A DNA stretch of 64,000 bases, from assembly GCF_003790525.1 (NCBI RefSeq), contig NZ_CP033635.1; one strand, written 5' to 3'. The notes under the pieces are model-generated. The model saw only the letters and a program-made list of their open reading frames with translations, had not been told where the DNA came from and ran no database searches. The translations under genes were made by a program, and so were the position numbers. Shown piece by piece: positions 9,211 through 20,103 of this stretch; position 1 is the stretch's first letter, and each line of letters begins with the position of its first letter. The DNA comes from Escherichia coli. Its GTDB lineage: Bacteria; Pseudomonadota; Gammaproteobacteria; Enterobacterales; Enterobacteriaceae.

Positions 9211-10200
9211 ATGAAAATAAATAATGCGGATAAGTGCTGGAATGATTTGATGGATGAGTTTTTTTTCTGCCGTTCAGTACGTGAAGCTACGGAGTGGAGC
9301 TACAGAAAGGTGCTGAACGGATTCCGTAAGTTTGTTGGCGGGACTCTGTTACCGGAAGATATCCGACAACAACATGTCAGGGAGTGGCGACGGGAGGTCC
9401 TGAAAAACCAGAAACGTTCAACTCATACATGGAACAACAAGGTACGCCATATGCGCGCTATCTTCAGTTTTGCTTCCTCATCTGAACTCCTGCATTTAAG
9501 TTGTAACCCGTTTGAGGGTATGAGCGTCAGACAGGAAAAGAAACGCAAAAAAACACTGACCCGGAAACAAATAAAACGCATCCTGCTGGTCCTTGAGCAG
9601 TTTCAGGAGGATGAAATGAACCTGAAGATGCACTGGAAGTGCGCCATTCGTCCGGCCTGGTACTGGATTATTGTGGTTAACACACTTCGCTTTACGGGGA
9701 TGAGGCTGAATCAGCTGCTGCATCTGCGCCTGCGGGATGTTAATCCTGAAGAACGGTGGATTGATTTATGCTCTGAAGGCAGCAAGACACATCATGAGTG
9801 GCGGATCCCGATGGTCAGTCATCTGGTTCCGGGGATAACCAGGCTGATGGATGAAGCGGTGAAACGTGGAGCCACGCCTGATGATTATCTTTTCCACTAT
9901 CATCGCTATGCTTTGCCTGTGTCTGAAGCATTATCGGTGAGCGGACCTCCGGAAGAGCAGAAGGTCAAAGGTTTTTTCCGGCGTCTGTCGAAAGAGTGTG
10001 GTTTTCAGGTATCTGCACATCGTTTCAGACACACTCTGGCAAGTACTCTGATGGCGGCACCGGAACGAAATCTGTACATGGTGAAAACCATGCTGGGTCA
10101 CCGGAATGTTTCAACGACACTGGAATATGTGGAGATGGATCTGAAGGGAACAGCACGTATACTTGAGGCCGAACTGTCAAAACTGACAGACGATCTTTAA
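9211..10200 (+). CDS. int: Tyrosine recombinase / integrase (329 aa)
   Basis: RBS AAGGTAA; catalytic-looking residues in LRFTGMR, HRFRHT, GHRNVSTT and LEYVE (R, H-x-x-R, H, Y); adjacent to tRNA-Phe 3' end. Confidence 0.85.
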   Translation: MKINNADKCWNDLMDEFFFCRSVREATEWSYRKVLNGFRKFVGGTLLPEDIRQQHVREWRREVLKNQKRSTHTWNNKVRHMRAIFSFASSSELLHLSCNPFEGMSVRQEKKRKKTLTRKQIKRILLVLEQFQEDEMNLKMHWKCAIRPAWYWIIVVNTLRFTGMRLNQLLHLRLRDVNPEERWIDLCSEGSKTHHEWRIPMVSHLVPGITRLMDEAVKRGATPDDYLFHYHRYALPVSEALSVSGPPEEQKVKGFFRRLSKECGFQVSAHRFRHTLASTLMAAPERNLYMVKTMLGHRNVSTTLEYVEMDLKGTARILEAELSKLTDDL

Positions 10201-10396
10201 TCAGGTGATTGCTTACAGTTGTTGACAACATGAAAAACCGTTGCAATCATAATGAATGATCGAGAAAGGGAGCATGCGACCAACATGCTCCCCAATCGAG
10301 AAAATGAGATGGCATGACCTAGACTCACGACATCTTGCACCTTCCCGATGACACCCGTCAGGGTTCTCACTCCTGACCAGTGGCTTTGATGTAAGG

Positions 10397-10472
10397 TGGT
10401 GCCCGGAGGCGGAATCGAACCACCGACACGGGGATTTTCAATCCCCTGCTCTACCGACTGAGCTATCCGGGC
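10397..10472 (-). tRNA. pheV: tRNA-Phe (GAA), pheV locus, variant T-stem
   Basis: Reverse complement reads GCCCGGATAGCTCAGTCGGTAGAGCAGGGGATTGAAAATCCCCGTGTCGGTGGTTCGATTCCGCCTCCGGGCACCA; matches E. coli tRNA-Phe except four compensatory T-stem changes. Confidence 0.9.
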
Positions 10473-10577
10473 AACGGGGCGCATTAAACCTGATTCGCCT
10501 CGTCTCGTCAATCAAATTTCTTCAATTTACTGCAGACTGCACAATCTATCATCACTTTGCCGCTATTGCACGCATTG

Positions 10578-11306
10578 TCAGGCAAACCAGGCGGTCCAGG
10601 CGGCGGAAAGCGGCATTGCCAGAAGGAGTGCTGGAAGCATGTTGACCACCGGGAACATTTTAATGCCACAGATGCGTAATCCGGTTGCCAGCAGCAATAA
10701 ACCGCCTACGGCGCTGAAGTCTGCCATCATCGACGGTGTGGTCAGCGGTAATATCAGCGCGGCAGCCCACGCCAGTGTTAACTGGATGATCAGTAATGGA
10801 ATGCTAATCACCGACACCGCAATACCCAGCGAGCAGGCGAAGATCATCGCCGTAAAGAAATCGAGAAATGACTTGGCGATTAAAATACTCGGATCGCCGG
10901 TCATCCCTTCGTTCATCGCCCCGAAGATCCCGGTGCCGCTGGCGCAAAACAGGACAATAATCGCGACATAATTCTGAATAAAAGATTCATGCGCTGGCTT
11001 CTTAGGTGAGTGGCGAAACAGATTTTGTGCTTTGGTGACCGCGGTATTGACCCCTTTTTCCAGCAGACACATTTCGCCGATTAATGCACCGAGTAAGGTT
11101 GCTAAAACCATCGCCGGAAGGTTGGCGCATTTCACCACCAGTAAAATACCAATCCCCAGCGATGCCAGACCAAAAATTGATGTCATGGAGACGCGGATAC
11201 GTTCCGGTAAGCGTTGACTAAGGAGTGCACCGAGAACGCCACCCAGTAATACTGCACTTGCGTTGATAAAAGGACCGATGACCACAAGAGTTCCTGTTAG
11301 CTGCAT
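10578..11306 (-). CDS. yqgA: DUF554 inner membrane protein YqgA
   Basis: 242-aa polytopic membrane ORF next to pheV as in K-12. Confidence 0.85.
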   Translation of the reverse strand: MQLTGTLVVIGPFINASAVLLGGVLGALLSQRLPERIRVSMTSIFGLASLGIGILLVVKCANLPAMVLATLLGALIGEMCLLEKGVNTAVTKAQNLFRHSPKKPAHESFIQNYVAIIVLFCASGTGIFGAMNEGMTGDPSILIAKSFLDFFTAMIFACSLGIAVSVISIPLLIIQLTLAWAAALILPLTTPSMMADFSAVGGLLLLATGLRICGIKMFPVVNMLPALLLAMPLSAAWTAWFA

Positions 11307-11677
11307 TGTCTGATTTTCTTATTATGACCGTTTGGCTCCTTCGATGGCTTGTTTGTTCGCAAAGTCCTGGCTTGCACGCTCTGGTGAAAGGTGCCATGAT
11401 TGCGCGAATTTTCTCCTCTCTGTACGGAGTTTGCCCGATGCACGCCACCTCCTTACATTCTCTCGCTTATCGCCGTTTCGCGCGAAACTCCTCCCTTTTT
11501 CTGCTCATGCGGTGAGGTTAACGCACGCTCACTGCAGGACAACAGTAAAATCAGAGCGTTTCTGCTTTTACTGATGTCTGGCGGTCGGAGCTGGTGACCA
11601 GTTTGACCCATATCTCGTGGGGCAGGGTTTTTCACCTTGTCCGGTATTCTTACTTCCCCGAAACGGGTTTTGCGCTT

Positions 11678-13813
11678 ATGAAATCAATGAATATTGCCGC
11701 CAGTAGTGAACTGGTATCCCGACTTTCTACTCATCGCCGCGTGGTGGCGTTGGGAGATACTGATTTTACGGACGTCGCGGCAGTCGTCATTACCGCTGCG
11801 GATAGTCGCAGTGGCATTCTTGCGTTGCTTAAGCGCACCGGTTTTCATCTACCGGTGTTTTTGTATTCCGAACATGCTGTTGAATTACCTGCGGGCGTTA
11901 CGGCGGTAATTAACGGCAACGAGCAGCAGTGGCTGGAGCTGGAATCCGCAGCCTGTCAGTATGAAGAGAATTTGCTGCCACCGTTTTATGACACGCTGAC
12001 GCAGTACGTTGAGATGGGTAATAGCACCTTTGCTTGCCCTGGGCATCAACATGGTGCGTTCTTTAAAAAGCATCCTGCCGGACGCCATTTTTACGATTTC
12101 TTTGGTGAGAACGTCTTTCGCGCCGATATGTGTAACGCTGACGTAAAATTGGGCGATCTGCTTATTCATGAAGGATCGGCGAAAGATGCGCAGAAATTCG
12201 CAGCCAAAGTCTTTCATGCCGATAAAACCTATTTTGTGCTGAACGGCACATCGGCAGCGAATAAAGTGGTGACGAATGCGCTGTTAACGCGTGGCGATCT
12301 GGTGCTCTTCGACCGTAACAACCATAAGTCGAATCATCACGGCGCGCTGATTCAGGCGGGGGCGACGCCGGTCTATCTGGAAGCTTCACGTAACCCGTTT
12401 GGTTTCATTGGCGGTATTGATGCGCACTGTTTTAATGAAGAGTATCTGCGCCAGCAAATTCGCGACGTTGCGCCAGAAAAAGCCGACCTGCCGCGCCCGT
12501 TTCGCCTGGCGATTATTCAGCTGGGAACCTATGACGGCACTGTCTATAACGCCCGTCAGGTGATCGATACCGTTGGGCATCTGTGTGATTACATTCTGTT
12601 TGATTCCGCATGGGTCGGTTACGAACAGTTTATCCCGATGATGGCGGATAGCTCGCCGCTGCTGTTAGAACTTAACGAAAACGATCCGGGGATCTTTGTG
12701 ACCCAGTCGGTGCACAAACAGCAGGCGGGATTCTCACAGACGTCGCAGATCCATAAAAAAGATAACCATATCCGTGGACAGGCGCGTTTTTGCCCGCATA
12801 AGCGGTTGAATAATGCCTTTATGCTCCATGCTTCTACCAGCCCGTTCTATCCGCTGTTCGCCGCGCTGGACGTTAACGCCAAAATTCATGAAGGGGAGAG
12901 TGGGCGTCGGCTGTGGGCGGAGTGCGTTGCGTTGGGGATTGAAGCCCGGAAGGCGATTCTTGCGCGCTGTAAGCTGTTCCGCCCGTTTATCCCGCCCGTT
13001 GTTGATGGCAAATTGTGGCAGGATTATCCGACGTCAGTGTTAGCCAGCGACCGCCGTTTTTTCAGTTTTGAGCCGGGGGCGAAGTGGCACGGCTTTGAAG
13101 GATATGCCGCGGATCAGTATTTTGTTGATCCGTGCAAGCTGTTACTCACCACGCCGGGTATCGATGCCGAAACCGGCGAATATAGCGATTTTGGCGTTCC
13201 GGCGACGATTCTGGCGCACTATCTGCGTGAGAACGGCATTGTGCCGGAGAAGTGCGATCTCAATTCCATTCTGTTCTTATTAACTCCGGCGGAAAGCCAC
13301 GAGAAGCTGGCACAACTGGTGGCGATGCTGGCGCAGTTTGAACAGCATATTGAGGATGACTCGCCGCTGGTTGAGGTGTTGCCGAGCGTTTATAACAAAT
13401 ATCCGGTGCGTTATCGCGACTACACCCTGCGCCAGTTGTGTCAGGAGATGCACGATCTGTATGTCAGTTTCGACGTCAAAGACCTACAAAAAGCGATGTT
13501 CCGCCAGCAGAGTTTCCCGTCAGTGGTGATGAATCCCCAGGATGCGCATAGCGCTTATATTCGCGGTGAAGTGGAGTTGGTGCGGATTCGTGATGCCGAA
13601 GGGCGAATTGCGGCAGAAGGGGCGTTACCTTATCCACCTGGCGTGCTTTGCGTGGTACCCGGGGAAGTCTGGGGTGGGGCGGTTCAACGTTATTTCCTTG
13701 CACTGGAAGAAGGGGTGAATTTGTTGCCGGGATTTTCGCCGGAGCTGCAAGGTGTCTATAGCGAAACCGATGCGGATGGCATGAAACGGTTGTACGGTTA
13801 TGTGTTGAAGTAA
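11678..13813 (+). CDS. speC: Ornithine decarboxylase, constitutive
   Basis: 711 aa from MKSMNIAASSELV...; ORF-track start at 11594 is an upstream extension. Confidence 0.95.
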   Translation: MKSMNIAASSELVSRLSTHRRVVALGDTDFTDVAAVVITAADSRSGILALLKRTGFHLPVFLYSEHAVELPAGVTAVINGNEQQWLELESAACQYEENLLPPFYDTLTQYVEMGNSTFACPGHQHGAFFKKHPAGRHFYDFFGENVFRADMCNADVKLGDLLIHEGSAKDAQKFAAKVFHADKTYFVLNGTSAANKVVTNALLTRGDLVLFDRNNHKSNHHGALIQAGATPVYLEASRNPFGFIGGIDAHCFNEEYLRQQIRDVAPEKADLPRPFRLAIIQLGTYDGTVYNARQVIDTVGHLCDYILFDSAWVGYEQFIPMMADSSPLLLELNENDPGIFVTQSVHKQQAGFSQTSQIHKKDNHIRGQARFCPHKRLNNAFMLHASTSPFYPLFAALDVNAKIHEGESGRRLWAECVALGIEARKAILARCKLFRPFIPPVVDGKLWQDYPTSVLASDRRFFSFEPGAKWHGFEGYAADQYFVDPCKLLLTTPGIDAETGEYSDFGVPATILAHYLRENGIVPEKCDLNSILFLLTPAESHEKLAQLVAMLAQFEQHIEDDSPLVEVLPSVYNKYPVRYRDYTLRQLCQEMHDLYVSFDVKDLQKAMFRQQSFPSVVMNPQDAHSAYIRGEVELVRIRDAEGRIAAEGALPYPPGVLCVVPGEVWGGAVQRYFLALEEGVNLLPGFSPELQGVYSETDADGMKRLYGYVLK

Positions 13814-13815
13814 GA

Positions 13816-13853
13816 ATAAAAAAACGGGTCACCTTCTGGCGACCCGTTTTTCT
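13816..13853. terminator. Bidirectional rho-independent terminator (speC / nupG)
   Basis: A-run, stem CGGGTC / GACCCG with 10-nt loop, then TTTTTC. Confidence 0.75.
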
Positions 13854-13861
13854 TTGCGTAA

Positions 13862-15118
13862 TTAGTGGCTAACCGTCTGTGTACCTGTCGGGACACGAAC
13901 GTGTTTATATTTGAACATCGCCATGAACGCGAAGGCCAGAACCACGGAGTAACCTGCGAAAATCAGCCATACGGTCTGCCAGTCGGTAATGCCGTTTTGG
14001 GTGTACATCTCAACCACTTTACCGCTCACGATGCCGCCGAGGATACAGCCGAAGCCGTTGGTCATCATCAGGAACATCCCCTGCGCGCTGGCGCGAATTG
14101 CCGGGCTAACTTCTTTTTCGACAAACACCGAACCAGAGATGTTGAAGAAGTCGAATGCGCAACCGTAAACGATCATCGACAGTACCAGCAGTACAGTACC
14201 GAACGGAGTCGGGTCGCCGTAAGCAAACAGAGCAAAACGCAGGATCCACGCCACAATACTGATCATCATTACGTTCTTAATACCGTAGCGGCTTAAGAAG
14301 AACGGGATGGTCAGAATGAACAGGGTTTCAGAGATCTGTGAAATCGACATGATGATTGACGCATGCTGCACGATGAAGCTGCTGGCAAACATCGGATCTT
14401 TGTCGAAGCTGTGCAGGAAGGTATTACCGAACATGTTGGTAATCTGCAGTTCCGCGCCCAGCAGCATTGAGAAGATGAAGAAGATTGCCATACGCTTGTT
14501 TTTAAACAGCGCGAATGCATCGAGGCCCAGCAGGGTTGTCCAGCTCTGATTCGCTTGCTGTTTAGCAACCGGAATATGCGGCAGAGTCAGGGTAAACAGA
14601 ACCAGAACGGCGGAAAGGGCTGCGCCAATATACAGCTGCATGTGGCTTAATTCGAAGCCAGACAGGCTCACCACCCACATTGCCATGATAAAGCCGATGG
14701 TGCCCCAGATACGGATTGGCGGGAAGTCAGTAACGATATCCATCCCGGCATTTTGCAGGCGATAGTAAGAGATGGTGTTGATTAACCCAAGCGTTGGCAT
14801 ATAAGCAAACGAGTTAATCAATATCACAAGGAACATCGCTTCCGGCGTCGTGACCTGTGCCGCCATGAACAGCGTGATAGCGCCAATGGTGTGGCAAATG
14901 GCATATACCCATTTCGCACTTAACCATTTGTCGGCCACAATCCCCAGCAGCGCAGGCATAAAGACCGCGGCGATACCCAGTGAACTATAAACTGCGCCAA
15001 TAGAAGCACCGTCAAACTTCAGGGTAACAAACATATAGGAGCCGAGGGTCGTCAGCCAACTTCCCCACAGACAGAACTGCAGAAAAGAGAGGATTTTCAG
15101 CTGCAGCTTAAGATTCAT
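13862..15118 (-). CDS. nupG: Nucleoside:H+ symporter NupG
   Basis: 418 aa from MNLKLQLKILSFLQF...; MFS topology. Confidence 0.95.
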   Translation of the reverse strand: MNLKLQLKILSFLQFCLWGSWLTTLGSYMFVTLKFDGASIGAVYSSLGIAAVFMPALLGIVADKWLSAKWVYAICHTIGAITLFMAAQVTTPEAMFLVILINSFAYMPTLGLINTISYYRLQNAGMDIVTDFPPIRIWGTIGFIMAMWVVSLSGFELSHMQLYIGAALSAVLVLFTLTLPHIPVAKQQANQSWTTLLGLDAFALFKNKRMAIFFIFSMLLGAELQITNMFGNTFLHSFDKDPMFASSFIVQHASIIMSISQISETLFILTIPFFLSRYGIKNVMMISIVAWILRFALFAYGDPTPFGTVLLVLSMIVYGCAFDFFNISGSVFVEKEVSPAIRASAQGMFLMMTNGFGCILGGIVSGKVVEMYTQNGITDWQTVWLIFAGYSVVLAFAFMAMFKYKHVRVPTGTQTVSH

Positions 15119-15319
15119 GTTAATTTCCTCACATCGTGATGCGGATGAGTGTTTGAAAAAGCACATTTGACCGTGCGAGATGATGGGATTCTATCAACTT
15201 CGCGGACTGGTTTTTTGTTACCTGTGGCAAATAATTGCAAACATTCCCAATTTGCAAAACGAAATTGTGATGTGGATAACATTTTTGCCCCTGAGCATCG
15301 TCAGGGGCGGTTAGTGGAA

Positions 15320-16426
<1,107 letters not shown>

Positions 16427-16463
16427 TTATGCAAGTTGCCGGAGGCGTGCTCCGGCACTGTTT

Positions 16464-16742
<279 letters not shown>

Positions 16743-16766
16743 TCATCCTCTTTATCGACTCACGTG

Positions 16767-17819
16767 CTAAACCGGCGCGCCAGTGCGTAACTGCTGTAAC
16801 AAACGCTCCACGGGAGCCGCCAGGCCAACTGACGGCGGTTGCGCTAAGTTATACCAGAGCGCATTGCCTTCATCCATGCAGCCGGTGAATGACGACACGG
16901 GAAGCCACATAGGCACAATATCTAAGTGGAAATGGCTGAAGGTATGCCGAAACGCGGTCAGTTGCGTCAGGTTATCGGCAGCAATCTGCCGTTGCGCCAG
17001 CCACTGCCGCAAACTTTCTTCGTCGGCAAACTGTGGGAAACAGTATAAACCGCCCCACAATCCACTCGGCGGGCGTTGCGCCAGCAATACCTCATCATCA
17101 TGCTGTAACAGTAAAAAGTAACCCGTGCGCTCCGGTAGCGTCTGCTTTGGTTTTTTGCCCGGATAAAGCGACCAGCTATTGTTGGCGGCGGCAATACACC
17201 CGTTTTGTAGCGGACAGAGCGAACATTTCGGCTTCGAGCGCGTACAAATCATCGCGCCCAAATCCATCATCGCCTGATTAAACCGTTCCACGCCGACCGC
17301 GGGCGTCACCTGCGCGCTCAAACTCCATAGTTTATTCTCGACCTCTTTTTTCCCAGGCCAGCCGCTTACAGCATAGCAGCGCGCCAGCACCCGTTTGACG
17401 TTACCGTCGAGAATCGGAAAGTGCTTACCCAGAGAAAGCGAGAGAATCGCACCTGTGGTGGAACGCCCGACGCCCGGTAACGCCGCGACTTCTTCAAAGG
17501 TTTCCGGGAATTTACCGCCGTGTAAGGTCGCCACTTGTTGTGCCGCTTTATGCAGATTGCGCGCGCGGGCGTAATAGCCAAGCCCGGTCCACAAGTGGAG
17601 AACTTCGTCGAGCGGCGCATTGGCGAGATCGGTCACCGTTGGGAAGCGCGCCATAAAGCGTTCAAAATAGGGGATAACGGTCGCAACCTGAGTTTGTTGC
17701 AACATCACTTCTGAGAGCCATACTTTGTAGGGCGTCTTGTCAATTTGCCAGGGCAGCGTTTTCCGCCCGTATTTATCGTACCAGTCCAGAACCTGGGCTG
17801 AAAATTGCGACGCTTGCAT
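16767..17819 (-). CDS. mutY: Adenine DNA glycosylase MutY
   Basis: 350 aa from [20 protein letters not shown]...; 4Fe-4S cysteine cluster region present. Confidence 0.95.
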   Translation of the reverse strand: MQASQFSAQVLDWYDKYGRKTLPWQIDKTPYKVWLSEVMLQQTQVATVIPYFERFMARFPTVTDLANAPLDEVLHLWTGLGYYARARNLHKAAQQVATLHGGKFPETFEEVAALPGVGRSTTGAILSLSLGKHFPILDGNVKRVLARCYAVSGWPGKKEVENKLWSLSAQVTPAVGVERFNQAMMDLGAMICTRSKPKCSLCPLQNGCIAAANNSWSLYPGKKPKQTLPERTGYFLLLQHDDEVLLAQRPPSGLWGGLYCFPQFADEESLRQWLAQRQIAADNLTQLTAFRHTFSHFHLDIVPMWLPVSSFTGCMDEGNALWYNLAQPPSVGLAAPVERLLQQLRTGAPV

Positions 17820-17979
17820 GGTCACCGAATTCACTGTTATTGGGGGCAAGATTGCAGCACAGCGACGGCAGGGTGTAAACCGGAACTTTCCGCAGCCACG
17901 GCCTTATCATGCTTGCATCCGGCAACTAACTTTGGATAATGCCCGTTTTCAGAACACTTTCACAAGCGACTAAATCTTT

Positions 17980-18699
17980 ATGAAAAACGACGTCATCTCA
18001 CCGGAATTTGATGAAAACGGCCGCCCGCTGCGCCGTATCCGTAGTTTTGTGCGCCGCCAGGGGCGACTGACCAAAGGCCAGGAACATGCGCTGGAAAACT
18101 ACTGGCCGGTGATGGGCGTTGAGTTCAGCGAAGATATGCTGGATTTCCCTGCGCTTTTTGGCCGTGAAGCGCCGGTGACGCTTGAGATTGGTTTCGGCAT
18201 GGGGGCGTCGCTGGTGGCAATGGCTAAAGATCGCCCCGAGCAGGACTTCCTCGGCATTGAAGTGCATTCACCGGGCGTTGGTGCGTGCCTGGCTTCTGCG
18301 CATGAAGAGGGCTTAAGCAACCTGCGCGTGATGTGTCACGATGCGGTTGAAGTGCTGCATAAAATGATTCCTGACAATTCATTGCGCATGGTGCAGCTCT
18401 TTTTCCCTGACCCGTGGCACAAAGCGCGCCATAATAAACGCCGTATCGTTCAGGTGCCGTTTGCCGAACTGGTAAAAAGCAAACTGCAACTGGGGGGCGT
18501 ATTCCATATGGCGACCGACTGGGAACCTTATGCGGAACATATGCTTGAAGTGATGTCTTCTATTGACGGTTATAAAAACCTGTCAGAGAGCAATGATTAC
18601 GTACCGCGTCCGGCATCACGTCCGGTGACGAAATTTGAACAACGTGGTCATCGTCTTGGTCACGGAGTATGGGACTTAATGTTCGAGAGGGTGAAATAA
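17980..18699 (+). CDS. trmB: tRNA (guanine-N7)-methyltransferase
   Basis: 239 aa; divergent from mutY as in K-12. Confidence 0.9.
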   Translation: MKNDVISPEFDENGRPLRRIRSFVRRQGRLTKGQEHALENYWPVMGVEFSEDMLDFPALFGREAPVTLEIGFGMGASLVAMAKDRPEQDFLGIEVHSPGVGACLASAHEEGLSNLRVMCHDAVEVLHKMIPDNSLRMVQLFFPDPWHKARHNKRRIVQVPFAELVKSKLQLGGVFHMATDWEPYAEHMLEVMSSIDGYKNLSESNDYVPRPASRPVTKFEQRGHRLGHGVWDLMFERVK

Positions 18700-19025
18700 T
18701 GGCAAAGAACCGTAGCCGTCGTCTGCGTAAAAAAATGCACATCGACGAATTCCAGGAATTAGGATTTTCGGTGGCATGGCGATTCCCGGAAGGTACATCG
18801 GAAGAACAGATTGATAAAACCGTTGATGACTTTATTAACGAGGTTATCGAACCGAACAAACTGGCCTTTGACGGCAGCGGTTATCTGGCCTGGGAAGGTC
18901 TGATCTGCATGCAGGAAATCGGCAAATGCACCGAAGAACATCAGGCGATTGTGCGTAAGTGGCTGGAAGAGCGCAAACTGGGCGAGGTACGCACCAGCGA
19001 ACTTTTCGACGTTTGGTGGGACTAA
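18699..19025 (+). CDS. yggL: DUF469 protein YggL
   Basis: 108 aa from [12 protein letters not shown]...; start overlaps trmB stop (TAATG). Confidence 0.85.
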   Translation: MAKNRSRRLRKKMHIDEFQELGFSVAWRFPEGTSEEQIDKTVDDFINEVIEPNKLAFDGSGYLAWEGLICMQEIGKCTEEHQAIVRKWLEERKLGEVRTSELFDVWWD

Positions 19026-19057
19026 GAAAACATACGGGCGATGACAAATGCAAAACT

Positions 19058-19140
19058 GCCTGATGTGCTACGCTTATCAGGCCTATAAAGATGCACGATC
19101 GAGTAGGCTGGATAAGGCGTTTACGCCGCATCCGGCATGG
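19058..19140. repeat. REP/BIME element (two REP units)
   Basis: GCCTGATGTGCTACGCTTATCAGGCCTA and GGCTGGATAAGGCGTTTACGCCGCATCCGGCA palindromic units typical of E. coli REP. Confidence 0.8.
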
Positions 19141-19208
19141 AAAACGCGCACTTTGTTATCAATCTGGGGCCAGCAAATGCTGGCCTGATTTGTTCTTGAG
19201 GGAAGACT

Positions 19209-19928
19209 ATGATGCGCAAAATGCTGCTGGCGGCAGCACTTTCAGTGACGGCAATGACCGCTCACGCCGACTACCAGTGCAGCGTCACGCCGCGTGACGA
19301 TGTGATTGTCAGCCCGCAAACCGTGCAGGTGAAGGGCGAAAACGGCAATCTGGTGATCACGCCAGACGGCAACGTGATGTATAACGGTAAGCAATATTCC
19401 CTGAATGCCGCCCAGCGCGAGCAGGCGAAGGATTATCAGGCTGAACTCCGTAGCACCCTGCCGTGGATTGATGAAGGCGCGAAAAGCCGCGTCGAGAAAG
19501 CCCGTATTGCGCTGGATAAAATTATCGTTCAGGAGATGGGCGAAAGCAGCAAAATGCGCAGCCGTCTGACCAAACTTGATGCGCAGCTGAAAGAGCAGAT
19601 GAACCGCATTATCGAAACGCGCAGCGATGGCCTGACGTTCCACTATAAAGCCATTGATCAGGTTCGCGCCGAAGGCCAGCAATTAGTGAATCAGGCAATG
19701 GGCGGAATTTTACAGGACAGCATTAATGAAATGGGCGCGAAAGCGGTGCTGAAAAGCGGTGGTAACCCATTACAGAATGTGCTGGGAAGCCTGGGCGGTC
19801 TGCAATCCTCAATCCAAACCGAATGGAAAAAGCAGGAAAAAGATTTCCAACAGTTTGGCAAAGATGTTTGTAGCCGCGTTGTGACTCTGGAAGATAGTCG
19901 CAAAGCCCTGGTCGGGAATTTAAAATAA
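19209..19928 (+). CDS. yggN: DUF2884 periplasmic protein YggN
   Basis: 239 aa with signal peptide. Confidence 0.85.
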   Translation: MMRKMLLAAALSVTAMTAHADYQCSVTPRDDVIVSPQTVQVKGENGNLVITPDGNVMYNGKQYSLNAAQREQAKDYQAELRSTLPWIDEGAKSRVEKARIALDKIIVQEMGESSKMRSRLTKLDAQLKEQMNRIIETRSDGLTFHYKAIDQVRAEGQQLVNQAMGGILQDSINEMGAKAVLKSGGNPLQNVLGSLGGLQSSIQTEWKKQEKDFQQFGKDVCSRVVTLEDSRKALVGNLK

Positions 19929-20103
19929 TCCTCTATTTTAAGACGGCATAATACTTTTTTATGCCGTTTAATTCTTCGTTTTGTTACCTGCCTCTAACTT
20001 TGTAGATCTCCAAAATATATTCACGTTGTAAATTGTTTAACGTCAAATTTCCCATACAAAGCTAAGGGATAATGCGTAGCGTTCACGTAACTGGAGGAAT
20101 GAA

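Larger units (their letters stand above)
1..10396. mobile_element. pheV-integrated genomic island, ICE-like (partial; continues beyond window start)
   Basis: Integrase, relaxase-like and helicase genes plus a type IVB pilus operon directly abutting the 3' end of tRNA-Phe; GC-rich body unlike the flanking core; K-12 has unrelated genes at this site (from memory). Confidence 0.7.

Noticed and set aside
9211-10200. P4-type integrase call
   Set aside because: Protein is only 329 aa with XerC/D-like architecture; it is convergent with the tRNA and paired with an extended, non-canonical tRNA 3' segment.
1-10396. Prophage interpretation of the island
   Set aside because: No capsid, tail, terminase or lysis genes; content is conjugation/pilus-type, consistent with an ICE-like element.
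10197-10511. 104-aa ORF on the minus strand spanning the tRNA-Phe gene
   Set aside because: It is the tRNA gene and its flanks read as protein; no RBS.
11594-11677. N-terminal extensions suggested by the ORF track for speC (11594), pgk (57858), fbaA (59214), epd (56768), speA (37999 TTG), tktA (44725), yggR (28726), galP, metK, mutY, ruvX, yqgE
   Set aside because: Internal Met codons reproduce the known protein N-termini and lengths; extensions are just open upstream frame.
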